A model generated the notes under the pieces. That model was not told where the DNA came from, did not search any database, and was given only the letters and a program-made list of their open reading frames with translations. A program made the translations under genes and the position numbers. A DNA stretch of 64,000 bases. Source: Vicugna vicugna (lineage: Eukaryota). This document shows positions 46,866-59,250 of the stretch, piece after piece (the stretch's first letter is position 1; the number at the start of each line of letters is the position of its first letter). Location: the NCBI GenBank assembly GCA_013265495.1, contig MU057887.1, forward strand, positions 1,625,985-1,689,984, written 5' to 3'.

Positions 46866-49139
46866 TGGCACTGAAACGTTTCCTTTGCATTTAACTTTGC
46901 GTCTTTCACCCCCCCCCACCCCGAAACCGGTTAGGGAGGGGGTTTCAGAAGAGCGCTTTAAGTATCCAGTGGGACGTGGGCCGCCTGCCCTTGCCGTGTG
47001 AATCTCGCGGTGGAAGCTTTCCATCGGGGACTCAGGAGAACAGGGAGGTAGGGCTCTCTGTAGGAAGGCCGTGAGTGCAGAGCCATTTGGAGTTGATTCT
47101 GGGCCCATAAATTGGTCTGTGACTAACTGCACTGAGTTTTAAAGCAGGTTGTGTATGAATTTTAAGTGCTTCCTTACCAAGACAGCTACGACCTGGCCCC
47201 ATTTGGAGCAGGCCGTGGGGTTCTGGGAGCCCAGGGAGGGACCTGGGAGCCGGGGGTGGACCACCGGCCCGCAGCCTCCCTGCCAGCAGCTCAGGCAGGT
47301 CCGGTTACGCTCCCTGGTACGAGCACTTGTCGCCTCTGCCTTGGTAACAGGGGCTTCGGCTGGCGTTGCTGAAGCTGTGGGCTGATGTTCATTCCGTTAC
47401 TGTGTGTTACTTTTTTACTGCATACTATTTCTGTTGCAAATAGTCATAAATATTGTTACAGTTTTGACTGCATTATGACATGTTTCTCTGAGTAGTCTCA
47501 CGTACACTGAGGGCTGCAGGGCTGAGCAGTTTGTGGCTTGCCTTGGTGCTCCTTTCTGAGTGTGTTTCAGTCCACAGTGACGGGGCCTCGTCACCTCCTT
47601 TCTAGACCTGCAGACCTTCACTGTGTGGTTCCCGAACTCTGACAACACTTCACTGCTGGCGGGGAGCTCACGGGGACCCTTAACAATGCATCTCCTCCCC
47701 TGCCTGTGCTGGACGCATCCCTTAGCCTCACCTGTGCGGAGAGCGGGTGTGGGCTCTCTCGGAGGGTGGTCACGGGCATCAAACACCCTAATTCGTACAA
47801 CACTCTAGGCAGGGCGCCTGTCGTGGCTGTTACTCCGGCAGTGGAACATTCTTTCTTCCAGGAGGCACTCTCTGCGTGCAGGGTCTCCCGCTGGTCTGGC
47901 TCTGGCCGCCCAAGCGCGTCCCTGTCCACGTGGCAGGTGGTCTCCCATGCTGTCCTTGCTCTGCTGCCCTTTCTCAGGCCGCTCCCGGCCGTGATGGCAG
48001 GGCCCTTCACAACCTGACTTCCTCCCTCGACCAGCGGCCGTGGGTCAGCGTTTCTCTGGAATTCTGGACTGATTGGTGGTGGGGAGCAGTGGGCCGTCTC
48101 CTCCCTTCCCGCGGCCTTGCATTCTGCTGCCTCTCAGGGCAGCTGCACGTGCTCTCCCGAGCCTGCTATTGACTAAGCCGCAGCCTCTGTCGTCTCCGTT
48201 GGAAAACAGCATGGTCAGATTGCCTGTCCTGGGCTGGATGCCCGTTCAGCCACCTTCTTCCCCACATCCCAGCCTGTAGGGCCCGTCAGGAGAGGCTGGG
48301 CAGTGGGCGCACACGGTCACAGCTGTGGGTCACAGCGCCCGGTTCTCTGGTTGTCTCTGCCTCTCTCGGACCGAGGGATTGGACTGGTCCCGCAGCTCTT
48401 TCTGTGCTTCTGCTTCCGCGTGAAAGGCTTGCAGAGACGCAGCGAGGCTGACACACGCGCTCTGCCCAGCCCTGTGGGCCCCTCGTGGAGGCGGGCGTCT
48501 CCTGTTGGGTTGTGGGCGCTCCCTCTGCTTGGCGTGGCGGCAGTTGGCGGATGGGACACGCCTATTTCGTCTTTGTTTAAACTGTTCTTGTTACTCACGT
48601 GTCCGGCCAGGTGATTTTAGATGGACTCAGGTAAAGGAATCTGGTGATGCTGTTTCACCAGAGCTGTGGCTGCTCTCAGGGGAGCATCGGGAGGAAGTTA
48701 GCCAACCCTGGACCCGCTGCCGCGTGTGTGGGGCCGGGGCCCTTCCTTCCTCTGTCCCAGCCCCGCAGCCCCTCTGCGCACCTGCCAAGCGGCTGGCCGC
48801 GTGCACAGTGGGCGGCCCAGGGCCCCTGCCCGCCTGGAGCTCACAGTGCGGGGCCGGGGAGGTGAGGGTGGGCAGGAGAGCACAGGAGACAGGCCGCGTC
48901 GTGCTGCTGGGGCCAGGCAGCGCCAGCACCGGGGCTACTTCTGGAGTGTGCTGTTACGTGTTTCACCCACTGACAGCTTCGTAGACTTGATGTCTCAGGG
49001 CTGATGCCAGCATAGTGACCGTGTGTGTGTGTGTTTGTGTGTGTGTGTAATTCACAATAAAATATAGTGTGCAGAGCCCTTCTGGGGAGGGATAACACTA
49101 GACCCAAGATTTTGAGAAGTAACATTAGCCCATTCAAAA

Positions 49140-49845
49140 AATGTGTCTGTCACACCCACTAGGATAGTTATAATGAAAAGACAGGCACTAACGAGCATTG
49201 GCAAGGACATGGAGAAATCAGAACCTGACACACGGCTGGCGGGAATGTAAAATGATGCAGCCGCCTTGGAAACAGTCTGACAGTTTCTCAAACAATGTAA
49301 CTTAGAGCCACCATATGACCCAGCAGTTACACCCCTAGGTCTGTATACACTCAGGAGAATCTTAAACTTACTTCATACAAAAACTTACATGACAATGTTT
49401 GTAGCAACATTATTTATAATAGCCCCAAAGTGGAAGCAACCCAAATGTCCATCAGGTGATGAACAGAAAAATAAAGCATGGTTGATCTGTACACTGGAGC
49501 ATTATTCATCCACAGAAAGTGTGAAGCACTGACTCAGGCTCCAGCATGGACAAACCCAGAAAACACTCTGCTCAGTGAAGAATGCCAGTCACAGAAGGTC
49601 ACATGTTGTGTGACTCCGTTGACAGGAAAGGTCAGGACAGGCAGATCTGCGGGGACAGAGGTGGATTGGTGGTTGCCGGGGCTGGGGGTGGGGCTCGTGG
49701 TATGCGGTGTGTCTGGGGGTGATGAAGATGTTCTGGAGTTAGATGGTGGTGCTGGCTGCACAGCTCTGTGTACATACTAAAACCATTGACTTGTGTGCTC
49801 TAAGTTTTATGGTATGTGGATTATGTCTCAGCAAAGAAACTTTTT
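49140..49845 (+). mobile_element. L1MB-like ORF2 end + 3'UTR, sense orientation
   Basis: CACACCCACTAGGATAG...GGAATGTAAAATGATGCAGCCGCCTTGGAAACAGTCTG...CCCAAATGTCCATCAGGTGATGAA...ATACTAAAACCATTGA. Confidence 0.88.
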
Positions 49846-52433
49846 AAATGTACCTGTTTGTGTTCGCTGTGGGAAGCCTGTGAGGGGATGCGGAGAGGCT
49901 CTGCCCTGGGAGGGTGACAGTCTGTTAGGTGGTGAGGGACAGTATTAGACGGCGAGAAGACGCCAGCTGAACAGGTAACGTTTTGGTGGAACCTGGGGCG
50001 GGGCGGGGCGGGGCGGGTGTCACTGCAGGTCACACAGAGCTCCTCCCGTTGCCTCCTCTAGGGGAGAGTGGCCGTCCCCGCATCCTGGCCCAGAGCTCCC
50101 TGTGTGCCTGCCGCTCGATCTCAGGTCTGAATCCCATGTGCGGGTCCCGGTTCTGGGGCCCGGGGCCCCCCGGACTTGGAGGCTGCTTGCCTGGCTCAGG
50201 GGCCCTGGTGCTGCTCTTGTGGGGAACCTGCTCCCCGGCAGCCCTGCCTTGCTGTGGGCAGCACTCCGAAGGGCCTTTAAGGCCAGGAGCTTAGCAGGCA
50301 AGTGTCTGAAGAAAGCCGGAGGCCTGAAGGGATGACCTGCCCCGGTCGAGCAGCCTTTCGTGTTTTCAGACCTCTTCTCCCCCGTCCCGCTTTTCCCCTC
50401 GGCTCTCTCTCTGTTTATCAGTTCTTCCCTCAGAAGCTCGGGAACGTTGAGAGCAGGTGAGGGAGGAGTCAGACACCTGCTTCCACGAACGCACTAACCA
50501 AACTCACCGTGGAAGCCTGGGGCCGAGAGTTTCTGAACATTTGAAAACCGCCACTTCCTTTCCATCGGGGGTCCTCGTGCCTTGGCTCGCGGACCGTTCA
50601 GCGTGGCCGGCTGTGACCTCTGCCGCGATGAGTCCCCTGGCTGCAGGGCTGTCAGGACGCCGCACCTCGCTAGGGTCGTGGGTGTCATTGCTGCCTCAGG
50701 TGTGGTTTGAGACACAGAGTGTCACGTTTGCCCTCTTCGTTCTGACCTGAAGCATCTCGCACCTTGAGAAGCTATTCTCCCTGGATTTCTGTGACCCCGC
50801 CATCCCTGAAGGTCTCCTGTGACTCCGTTCTGCTCTGTCCACCTTGTTTTGGTAGCCACTGTGTGTCGCCCCCCCCCCACTAGTTCTCTCTGGCATGATC
50901 CACAGTCCTCCTGGCTTCCACTCTCCGAGCCTCCGCCCCCAGTCCCACTGTCTCGTAGAGAGGCCCACGGCCGCATCCTTAGACTCTGTCCGGCTGGAAC
51001 GTGCAAAGTATGGTAGATGGACGGTGAGCTTTGGTTTCGAGTCGGGCAGCTGAGTCTCATGCCCTCATCTGTAGGGTGGGGACAAGAATTGCCCCCCAGG
51101 GGTGAGAACTGTCCCGCAGGGGTGAGTGCCTGGCAGCGCCCGGCACTCTGGGTCCTCATCCCTTTTCCTCCTCCTCCCCTGCTGGCCTGGCCCCTCCTCC
51201 CCGCCTTCCCATGTAAGTCACACACGTCCCTGTCTCTTATGGCAATGTTGGGGGGGTCCTCCACTGGCCCGCCCCCCCGCTTCCTGTGTGAGTCACACGT
51301 GTCGCCGTCTCTTACTTCTGGCAGTGCTGGGGGTTGCTGTCAAGCCTTTGCGTCTGTCTCCGCGTCTTGTTACTGCTCACGTGCGTCTGTTCTTGTTCTT
51401 CCACGATGTCCTCGGGTTGTTTCCTGCCTCCTTTCCTTCCTTGTCTTTGATGGCCTGCCCTGCCTCGGACCTTTGTTGTCTCTGCCCGTCCCCTGAAGTC
51501 GCTTGCAGCTAGTCTGCGTGCGCCCCTGCCCCGCAGCACGCCCCGTGCACTAGCAGGAGCTGAGTCAGACGGCAGCGCGGCTTCTCCTCGACTTCAGCAG
51601 CTCCCCGCTGCTTCCAGGACAGAGGGCTCCGGTATTTAATGCTCTGCGTAATCGGACTCTTAATTACCTGTTCGTTCTTCCGCTCTACCCGGAGTAGGAG
51701 CCTACCGGTGCTGGACTGTTGATTATTGCTCTTTACTGACACTTGTGAGCAGTGACGATCGTGACGATTACAGTAGGCACTGAACGCAGAATGCTCTGAT
51801 GGCATGACAGACAGAAGGCAGGAGCCGTTATAGTAGTTCAGTCGTGACTCATTGCTGCCCAGCCTTCTCTGTGACTTACACGTGAGCTTGTATGCGGGGC
51901 CCGGGGGCCCTTGCCACTCTGCCCTGGGAAACGCGCCGCATACTTGTCTCCGAGGAACCGCGCGCACCTCTGACCAGCCTGTCTTCAGCCTGTCTGTGGG
52001 CCGAGTCCGGCTTCCTGTCTGGTGGGCTCCTCAGCTGCGAGTGACGTCCAGGAGTGTGCTCGCTGGCCTTCAGGGTCACAGTGGGTGCGGGAGGCCCTTG
52101 GGAGCTCGGAGGTGGCACCTCTCTCTCTTCCACTTCCCCGAGGGTGTCTGATCTGGGGGGCTTCTCCAGAGCGAGCAGGTGCAGGAGGGACAGTGACCTG
52201 GAAGAGGTCGTGATCACCCCGGGGTCCTCGCCAGGCACGTGGACATGGCAGAATGCTCTCTTAGGGGCCGCGGTGCTCTCCTGTTGATGTTCAGACATTG
52301 CAGCATCAGGATGCCTGGACTTGCTGACCTGTCTTCTTACTGACTTTGCCTGGTAAGGACTGGAGTCGCTGGCTGCTGGGCAGTGTGATCAGCAAACACT
52401 GCTGACCCGAGAAGGGGCCGAGCTGAGTCCTGC

Positions 52434-52473
52434 TGCGCGCGCGTGCGTGCGTGTGCGTGTGTGTGTATGTGTG
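52434..52473. repeat. 40-bp alternating purine-pyrimidine (CG/TG) tract
   Basis: tgcgcgcgcgtgcgtgcgtgtgcgtgtgtgtgtatgtgtg. Confidence 0.9.
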
Positions 52474-53494
52474 AGAGATAATGCAGAAATTACAGGAGAC
52501 TGAGGGTCCGTCTTCATCAAGTCCTCCTGGAGAGCGAAGAAGCAAAGCTCAGGCTTCTAATTTGTTTGAAAGGGTTTGGATTTAACATGGAGTAGCAGCA
52601 GCCTTTCCTTTAATTAAATGCCGTGCGGCGCTGGCTGTGGGATCAATGGTGTTGAGGGAAACCAGTGTGATAAGACCCTGTGAAGGGCGCCCGGCCGCCC
52701 GGGGCCTCTGCCGGGCGGGGGCGTGGGCGGGGCGGCTCCGGGACGCGGGGAGCAGCGCGCTGTGCTTTTCCTCGCCGCCCGCTTGGAGACACCAGAGTTT
52801 TCCCTGAGACATTTTGGGTGTACTTCCTGCGCTCCTGTAGGGACAAGTGGATAGGGCTCTGGTTTAGCCGGTTCCCTGCTGTTAGACGTGTAGATCATAT
52901 CTTTCTTTAATACATAAATCCTTGGGCATAAATGTTTGCTTGCATTTTGGAGCATTTCTTTGGGGCGGATTCCCAGCAGTGGAACCACCGGCTCAGAGGC
53001 CATGAGCACGGGATCCGCGGGGCTGGAGGCCCTGCCCCCCGGGACCTCTCGTCGGAGCATTGCCCTCCACCCCGCGTGCCCGGCGTGGAACGGAACGTTT
53101 CCTGGGCTGGCGGGTGCCCGGCTCACGCGCAGGGCTCTGAGGGCGTTGCTGGGCGCGGGCGCCCTCGGGTTAGTCTGCGGGCCTCTCCAGTCGTGAACGG
53201 ACCCAGGGCGCGCATCCTGCCGAGCTGGCCTCCGCTGGGTTTTCAGTTGGTGTCCTGAAGCCTGGGGTCAGTGGGAGGGCTCTGCAGGCTCCTGTCCGAG
53301 CCTGTCGGAGGCTCTTCCACATTCAAGCCCCTCCTTCCTCTGCGCAGCACCGCTCAGCCCCTCACTTCTGGTCAGAAGCCTGCCCGCCAGTGTCCCTCAC
53401 AAGACCCCCTACAGCGGAGTGCCGCCTTCCACCTTCCTTAGAAGGCAGTTGGGGTTATAAGTCGCCTTTAGAAATTCCTCATCCAAGACTTACA

Positions 53495-54295
53495 AAAGCA
53501 TCTTTACTGAGAGATAATCCCCATACCACACAACTCGGCACTTCCGTGGGTTTTAGCGTGCGTGTGGAGCTGTGTGGCCCTCACTACAGCATGTGTCAGA
53601 CCTCAGAGGAAACCCTGGGCCCGGGGGCCGTCGCTCCCCACCCCCTGGCCTCCCTCCCCGCCGCTCGAGGCACCACGGATCTGTCTGTCTGTCTGTGGAT
53701 TTGCCTGTTCCGGGCGTCTCGTGTGGAAGGAGTCACACGACACTTGGCCTTTTGAGGGTGGCTTCTTTCACTTAGGTGATATTTTCCAGGCTCATCCAAG
53801 TTGTCGTGTGGACCCTTCAGCCCTTTTTCTGGCCAAATACTATTCCTCTGTAGGGATAGGCCGCGCTTTGCTTATCCACCCGTCAGTTGATGACTGTTTG
53901 GAGTGTTTCTACTTTTTGGCTGCCATGGACACTCGTGTGTGCGTGCTTTTGCGTGGTTCCTTTTTCATTCCTGTTGGGTATCTGCCTAGGAGTGGACTCG
54001 CTGTGTCCCGAGGTGACTCCGCTTAACCCCTTAAGGAACTGCCAGACGGTTTTCCAAGGGGGCTGCAGCATTTTACATCCCCTCGGCAGTCATGTTTCTC
54101 CTGCACTGTTTACTCCAGCCGTCCGAGTGGCTGTGAAGTGGCATCTCATTGTGGTTTCAATTTCCCTGATGGCTAGTGATTTTGAGCATCTTTTCATGTG
54201 CTTATTGGCTATTTGTGCATCTTCCTTGAAGAAATATCTCTTCAGATCCTTTGGCCCATCTTTAATTGGGTTCTTGGTCTTTTTATTATTGATAT
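53495..54295 (-). mobile_element. L1MB-like 3' fragment
   Basis: ORF 54090..54359(-) [38 protein letters not shown] is L1 ORF2-like. Confidence 0.88.
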
Positions 54296-55696
54296 CTTGA
54301 CACAATACTGTCCAAGTAACTGTGTTAGAACCAGCAGAATGAAGCAAAACAAGTGACAAGAGAAAAACTAAGACGGTCAGATTCCTTTTGGATCAAGCAC
54401 ACTCAGTCCTGTGTTTCTTTCTGATGACGACATGGCCAGCTTCACCTGGTGAACAAAACACTTCCTGGAAATTTGTTCTAGAATGACGTGAGGGAGGAAT
54501 CCTGCTTTGCCAGGCGCATTTCCTGCAGCACCTGCGAATGAAGCGGATGAGCAAGATACTCATTATTCGGCTATTTTGTAAATCACAGGAGTGTTTGGTG
54601 TGGCAGTAAGTGGGGTTGCAGTGCGTGGTACTTGGGGGAAGGGCGGGGGCGTTGCTGCTGCAAGCAGCTCTTCCTGATGAAGGGACATTTGAAAGCTGGT
54701 AATAAACTAATGTTTAGAACTGTGTTTTGTCTCAGTGTAGGATGATACAGCAGTTAGTTGTAGCCCACTTTCTACAATAAAATGCATCTCCGTTTTAATT
54801 TTTCATTCTTCTTAAAATGCTTATCCTTCCGTGTGGGGACATTTAGCGGTGCAGCCGAGTCCAGGACGCAGCAGCCACGTCCTGGTGCACTGTGTGTGTG
54901 TGGCTGTGGGGTGACTGGGCGATGAGCAGGACCGGGGGGGCAGCCAGATCCGGGCCCATCCTTTGCTTGTTGACTGGTTGCTCTGCCCCTAGATCTGGAA
55001 GCGGGGGCGTGGTCCCTGCTCTCCTTCCAGCTGCCTAGTCACTCAGCAAGCCCTGCGCCATCCGCTCCAGGTGCAGGTGTTTCTTCTCACTGAAACCCAC
55101 GTCCGGTCATGACGCCTCTGAAGTCTTTGCTTAGCCCTCCCCCGGCCCCCATCAGCCCCTCGGCTCCTGTGTCAACCCAGGTGGGTGGCACGCCGCACTG
55201 GCCTCTGTGTGCTCCAGGCCCCACCTCCCTCTCCAGCCTGAGTCCTCGCGGGCACCCCTCCCCGCCCCACACGGGTGCCCGGGCCGCGCCCTGTGCAGCT
55301 ACCCACGGAGGTTGTGTGTGCGGGCTCTTGGCCTGCACTTTACGGAGCTAATTTTTATCAGAGTCATCCATGCACCTGACTTGAAAAATGAAATGTCATC
55401 TAAGACACCCTGGAAACAGTAGTCCCTGCGTCCCATCCCCACTGACTGTCGCTTTATCTCTTGGTGTGAGAAGGTACTTTCCTTTATATTTCTAAATACT
55501 GTGCAGAGCCTGCGGAGTTTTACAGTCTAGCTAAATGATCGCCTGTCTATCTGGGAGTAGGGAGATAACCCGCTTACATCCCCCCCCCCCCCCATCACAG
55601 CTTTGGGGAAACTGGGATTCACTGTGCTGTTATGACTGTCGCTCTGGCTCAGTACTGAGCTGCCAGGAGCAGCTGTGTGTTACTTCGTTTTATCCT

Positions 55697-55945
55697 CTTT
55701 TTTTTAATTTTATTTTTTATGGATGTAATTGATTTACAGTGTTAGTTTCAGGTGTACAGCAAATGTGACTCAGTTATACATATACACACACGTATATATT
55801 CTCTTTTCGGATTCTTTTCCATTTTATGCTGTTACAAGAAATCGAATACAGCTCCCTGTGCTCTACAGTAGGTCCTTGTTGTTTGTCTATTCTGTTCATA
55901 CAAGTGTGTATCTGTTAATCCCCAACTCCTAATTTATCCCTCCCC
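55697..55945 (-). mobile_element. Artiodactyl-type L1 3'UTR tip
   Basis: poly-T, then GATTTACAGTGTTAGTTTCAGGTGTACAGC...CTCCCTGTGCTCTACAGTAGGTCCTTGTTG...AATCCCCAACTCCTAATTTATCCCTCCCC. Confidence 0.88.
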
Positions 55946-56768
55946 TGGAGCTGTTTCTGTGGAGAGGCGGGGGCTCCTGTGGGGGGGTCTCGCTGCCTCC
56001 TGGGCCTGGGGAGGGGCCCACTGGGGGCTCTCTGCGGGAGCAGGTGTGCGCCCTCACCACTCTGCTAAGTCCGCGCCCACTCTCTCTTCCGCTCCCCATC
56101 GCCCCGGTTTCTGTTGGCATTTCTTGTCTGCTCCTGTCTCCTCAATGCCCTTGTCTTTGCTGGTAGCATTATTCCTTCACTGTTGATGAGGTGGAGGGTG
56201 GGGGCAGAGATAAATCTACTAGGTTGTAACTTGGCTTCAAGGTGCCTCTCAAGCAGCAACTCCTTCCTGATGTCACCTTCTCCAGGGAGGGGCCCCACTC
56301 TGCCCTGGTGTCCCTCATCCCCAGTGCGCCCCTTCGCACTTGCACTCCTGGGTGCTCCTCCCTCCTTGCCAGTGAGCCCCCGGCAGGGAGGAATGGGGTC
56401 TCCCCCTGCCTCCTGAGGCTCCCTCAGAGCCGCTGTGTGTTCACCGACTGGATAAACCCATGTGTGCGATGGACTCGGAGTGGGGCCGTGTTTACGTGGC
56501 TTTGGCCTCGGAGGCAACCACACAGGGGCGCTCAGTGAATGCTGCTCAGAAGGGGTGATTTACGAGCCGCCCCGTGGCTTTCAGGAACGAGAAGTGCGCT
56601 TGTCCTGCAGGCGCTTCTGGTGCCGGGGGCAGCTCAGCCTCTGGGTTAGACTCGCTTGGGAGCCCCGGCGATCGAAACGGACACACGCGTCTTGTTCCTG
56701 TTCAGTGTTTCTCCTCGGTTCTATTGCCACAGAAGGTTTAAAAAATAAGAATGGAAACCAGTAGAGAA

Positions 56769-56968
56769 GAGATGCAGACACTGACTCCTGCATGTAAAAC
56801 GGACGGACAAGGCGCTGCCGAGCGGCACGGGGAGCTCTGCTCTGCACCTTGTCGTGACCTGTGGTGAGAAAGGACGCGACGGGGGCGTGCGTCTCGTGCG
56901 ACTGAGTGACTGTGCCGCGCACCGGAAACCAGCACAACACTGCACAGCAGCTACACTTCAGTTAAGGA
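56769..56968 (+). mobile_element. Artiodactyl-type L1 3'UTR tip, heavily AT-to-GC substituted
   Basis: Colinear with the reverse complement of 55720-55915, e.g. ACAAGGCGCTGCCGAGCGGCACGGGGAGCT vs ACAAGGACCTACTGTAGAGCACAGGGAGCT. Confidence 0.75.
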
Positions 56969-57734
56969 CAGAGATGAGTACTCGTTAAAGAAAAAAAGAA
57001 CCAGCTTAAATTATGGGTTGATTTTTCTGTTATTCCTGGCTTTTCAGAAAAAAGGAACTTACAATCATTGGGAGCTCCCGCATACACCACTTTGTGACAG
57101 GTTTCTGGTTCAGCCTCAAATGCGGTGTTTTACGTCCAGTTAGGATGGATGTGTCTCGGGGGCTGTGTGGTTTGGCGCGTGGGGAGCAGTTACCTCAACA
57201 AGCGTGACAGACTCGTGCCCTCGCGTTTGCAGCGTCTGTCACTGTCTACAGGTGCTTCCCCACGTGTCGTCCCCTTGGTCCTTGTGAAAGTTCTGTGACT
57301 TGAGCAAGTCGGGTATTTTTGTTTTGTTACAAGTTTAAGAGGAAGAAACCGGAGCTCAAGGTAGGTTAGGAGGGCTGAGCGAGGCAAGCCGCGCAGATTC
57401 TTGCTGGCCAAGCTGGGCCTCGAGCCCGGGTCCGTCGGCTCCACGACCAGTGTTTGTCCCTCTGTTCCGTTCTGCTTCCTTCGGTCGGAGTGTCTGCTCG
57501 GACAGGCTCCTGGGAGTTTTATTGAGAAGAAAAGGCTCGCGACACAGGAGTCTGGAATTACCATACTGGTGGTGTTTTCATAAAAATATTTACAAATTTT
57601 ATTCTTTTAGAAAGTGTACTGTTGTCGAAGAAAGAAATTCTATTTATCATTCATTTTCTGCTTATTAAATTTTTTCTATCGCTTCCGTTTTCTCTCTTCA
57701 AGGACTAGTGATTTTGCAGTCTGATTGCAAGAAA

Positions 57735-59250
57735 TGTGGGGACAGAAAGCTGAAAGAAAAGCCAAAATACATGCTTTAAACATAAAGACTCAGGCAGTTG
57801 AAATAAAAGGGTTGGAAAAAATATGCCAGAGAAGTATTAATCGTAAGAAAACTGATTTGCTTATAATAGTGTCAGGAAAAATAAACATCGAGGCAAGTTT
57901 TATTGGAGACAACAAGGGGTGTTTCATCATGATGAAAGGTTCAACTCATGAAGTAGAGATACCGTTCCTAAACGTGCAGGTCCCTAGTAATACAGCTCAC
58001 GACGCATGAAGCAAACACGGATGGAAATACAGAGAGGCAAATTCACAATCGTAGGCAGACATTTTAACGCTCTTCCCTGAGTAACTGATAGAATGGGTAC
58101 ATTTAGAAAATCAGTAAAGATTTGGAAGACATGGATAGCACTGTGAGCCAACTGGATCTAACTGGTTTGTAGAACACCACACCACCGACTGGAGAGCGCA
58201 GGGTCTTCCCATGGACGCACGGCACGTTCACCAAGTGGGCCACACGCTCTGCCAGAACAGGGCGTGATAGACATCAGAGCGGTCGAAGCGCTGAAGTAGT
58301 GCCAAGTCCATCTGACCGAATGCTTGGTCTAGTACGACACCCAGGAAGTCCTCAAGTATTTGGAGATTTGTCAGCATACGTCTAAGTAACTCACGGATCA
58401 AAGAAATCACAAGGGAAATTGGGAAGTATTTCCAACTGAATGATAATGGCAGCACATATCAAAATGTGTGTGATGCAACTAAAATCGTGCTTGAAGGGAA
58501 ATTTGTGCCTTTAAATGCCTCTATTAGAAAAGAATAGGAGTTCAAATCAGTGATCAAAGCGTCCACCTTAAGAAGTTAGGGAAAGAGGAGGAAATTAACT
58601 AAAACCAAGTAGAAGAAGGGAAATAAAATAAGGGTGGAAGTCAGTAGACTGGCAAATGGATAAACAAGAGCAAGAGCCAACTAAGTCTAAAATTAGGTTT
58701 TTGAAAAGGTCAATAAAAACTTTTAGTTAGAGTTGACCAGTGGGAAAAAAGAGAACACACAAATTTCCAGCGTCCGAAAGGAAAGAGGAAACATCACTAC
58801 AGACCCTACAGACATTACAGAAGAAAAAGGGGATATTGTTTACAACTTCATGCCAATAAATTCAAGAACTCACACGAAGTGGACGTATTTCTTGAGAGAT
58901 CTGACCCAACAACCCAAACTGATTTAAGAGGAAATGGGAAACTTTTGTATCCCTGTAGCAATTTTAAAAACACATTTGTACAAAAAAACCAAAAACCAAA
59001 AAACACCTTCATGAGAGGAAAGTGTCAGGGTCCAATGGCTTTTAGTGAACACTGTCAAACAGGGAAGAAACAGTACCAGTTCTCCAGACGCTCTTTGAGA
59101 AGAGGGAGGGGAAAACACTTCTCAGCTCATTTCATTAAAGCAGCCTGACCCTGATACTGAACCGTTACAGAGACATCGTAAGAAAAGGAAACTAGCGACC
59201 AGTCTCCCTGATGAATATAGACAAAACGTGGCCTTAAAATATGTTAATAC
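57735..59250 (+). mobile_element. Degenerate L1 ORF2 (endonuclease domain onward), sense orientation
   Basis: ORF 57725..58009 KGLEKICQ...IIVSGKIN...DNKGCFIMMKGSTH...LNVQVPSNTA is L1 endonuclease-like; ENTQISSVRKERGNITTDPTDI is the ORF2 linker. Confidence 0.9.

Noticed and set aside
57725..59250. Active L1 or domesticated endonuclease gene
   Set aside because: Fragmented by stops and frameshifts; the longest piece is under 100 aa.
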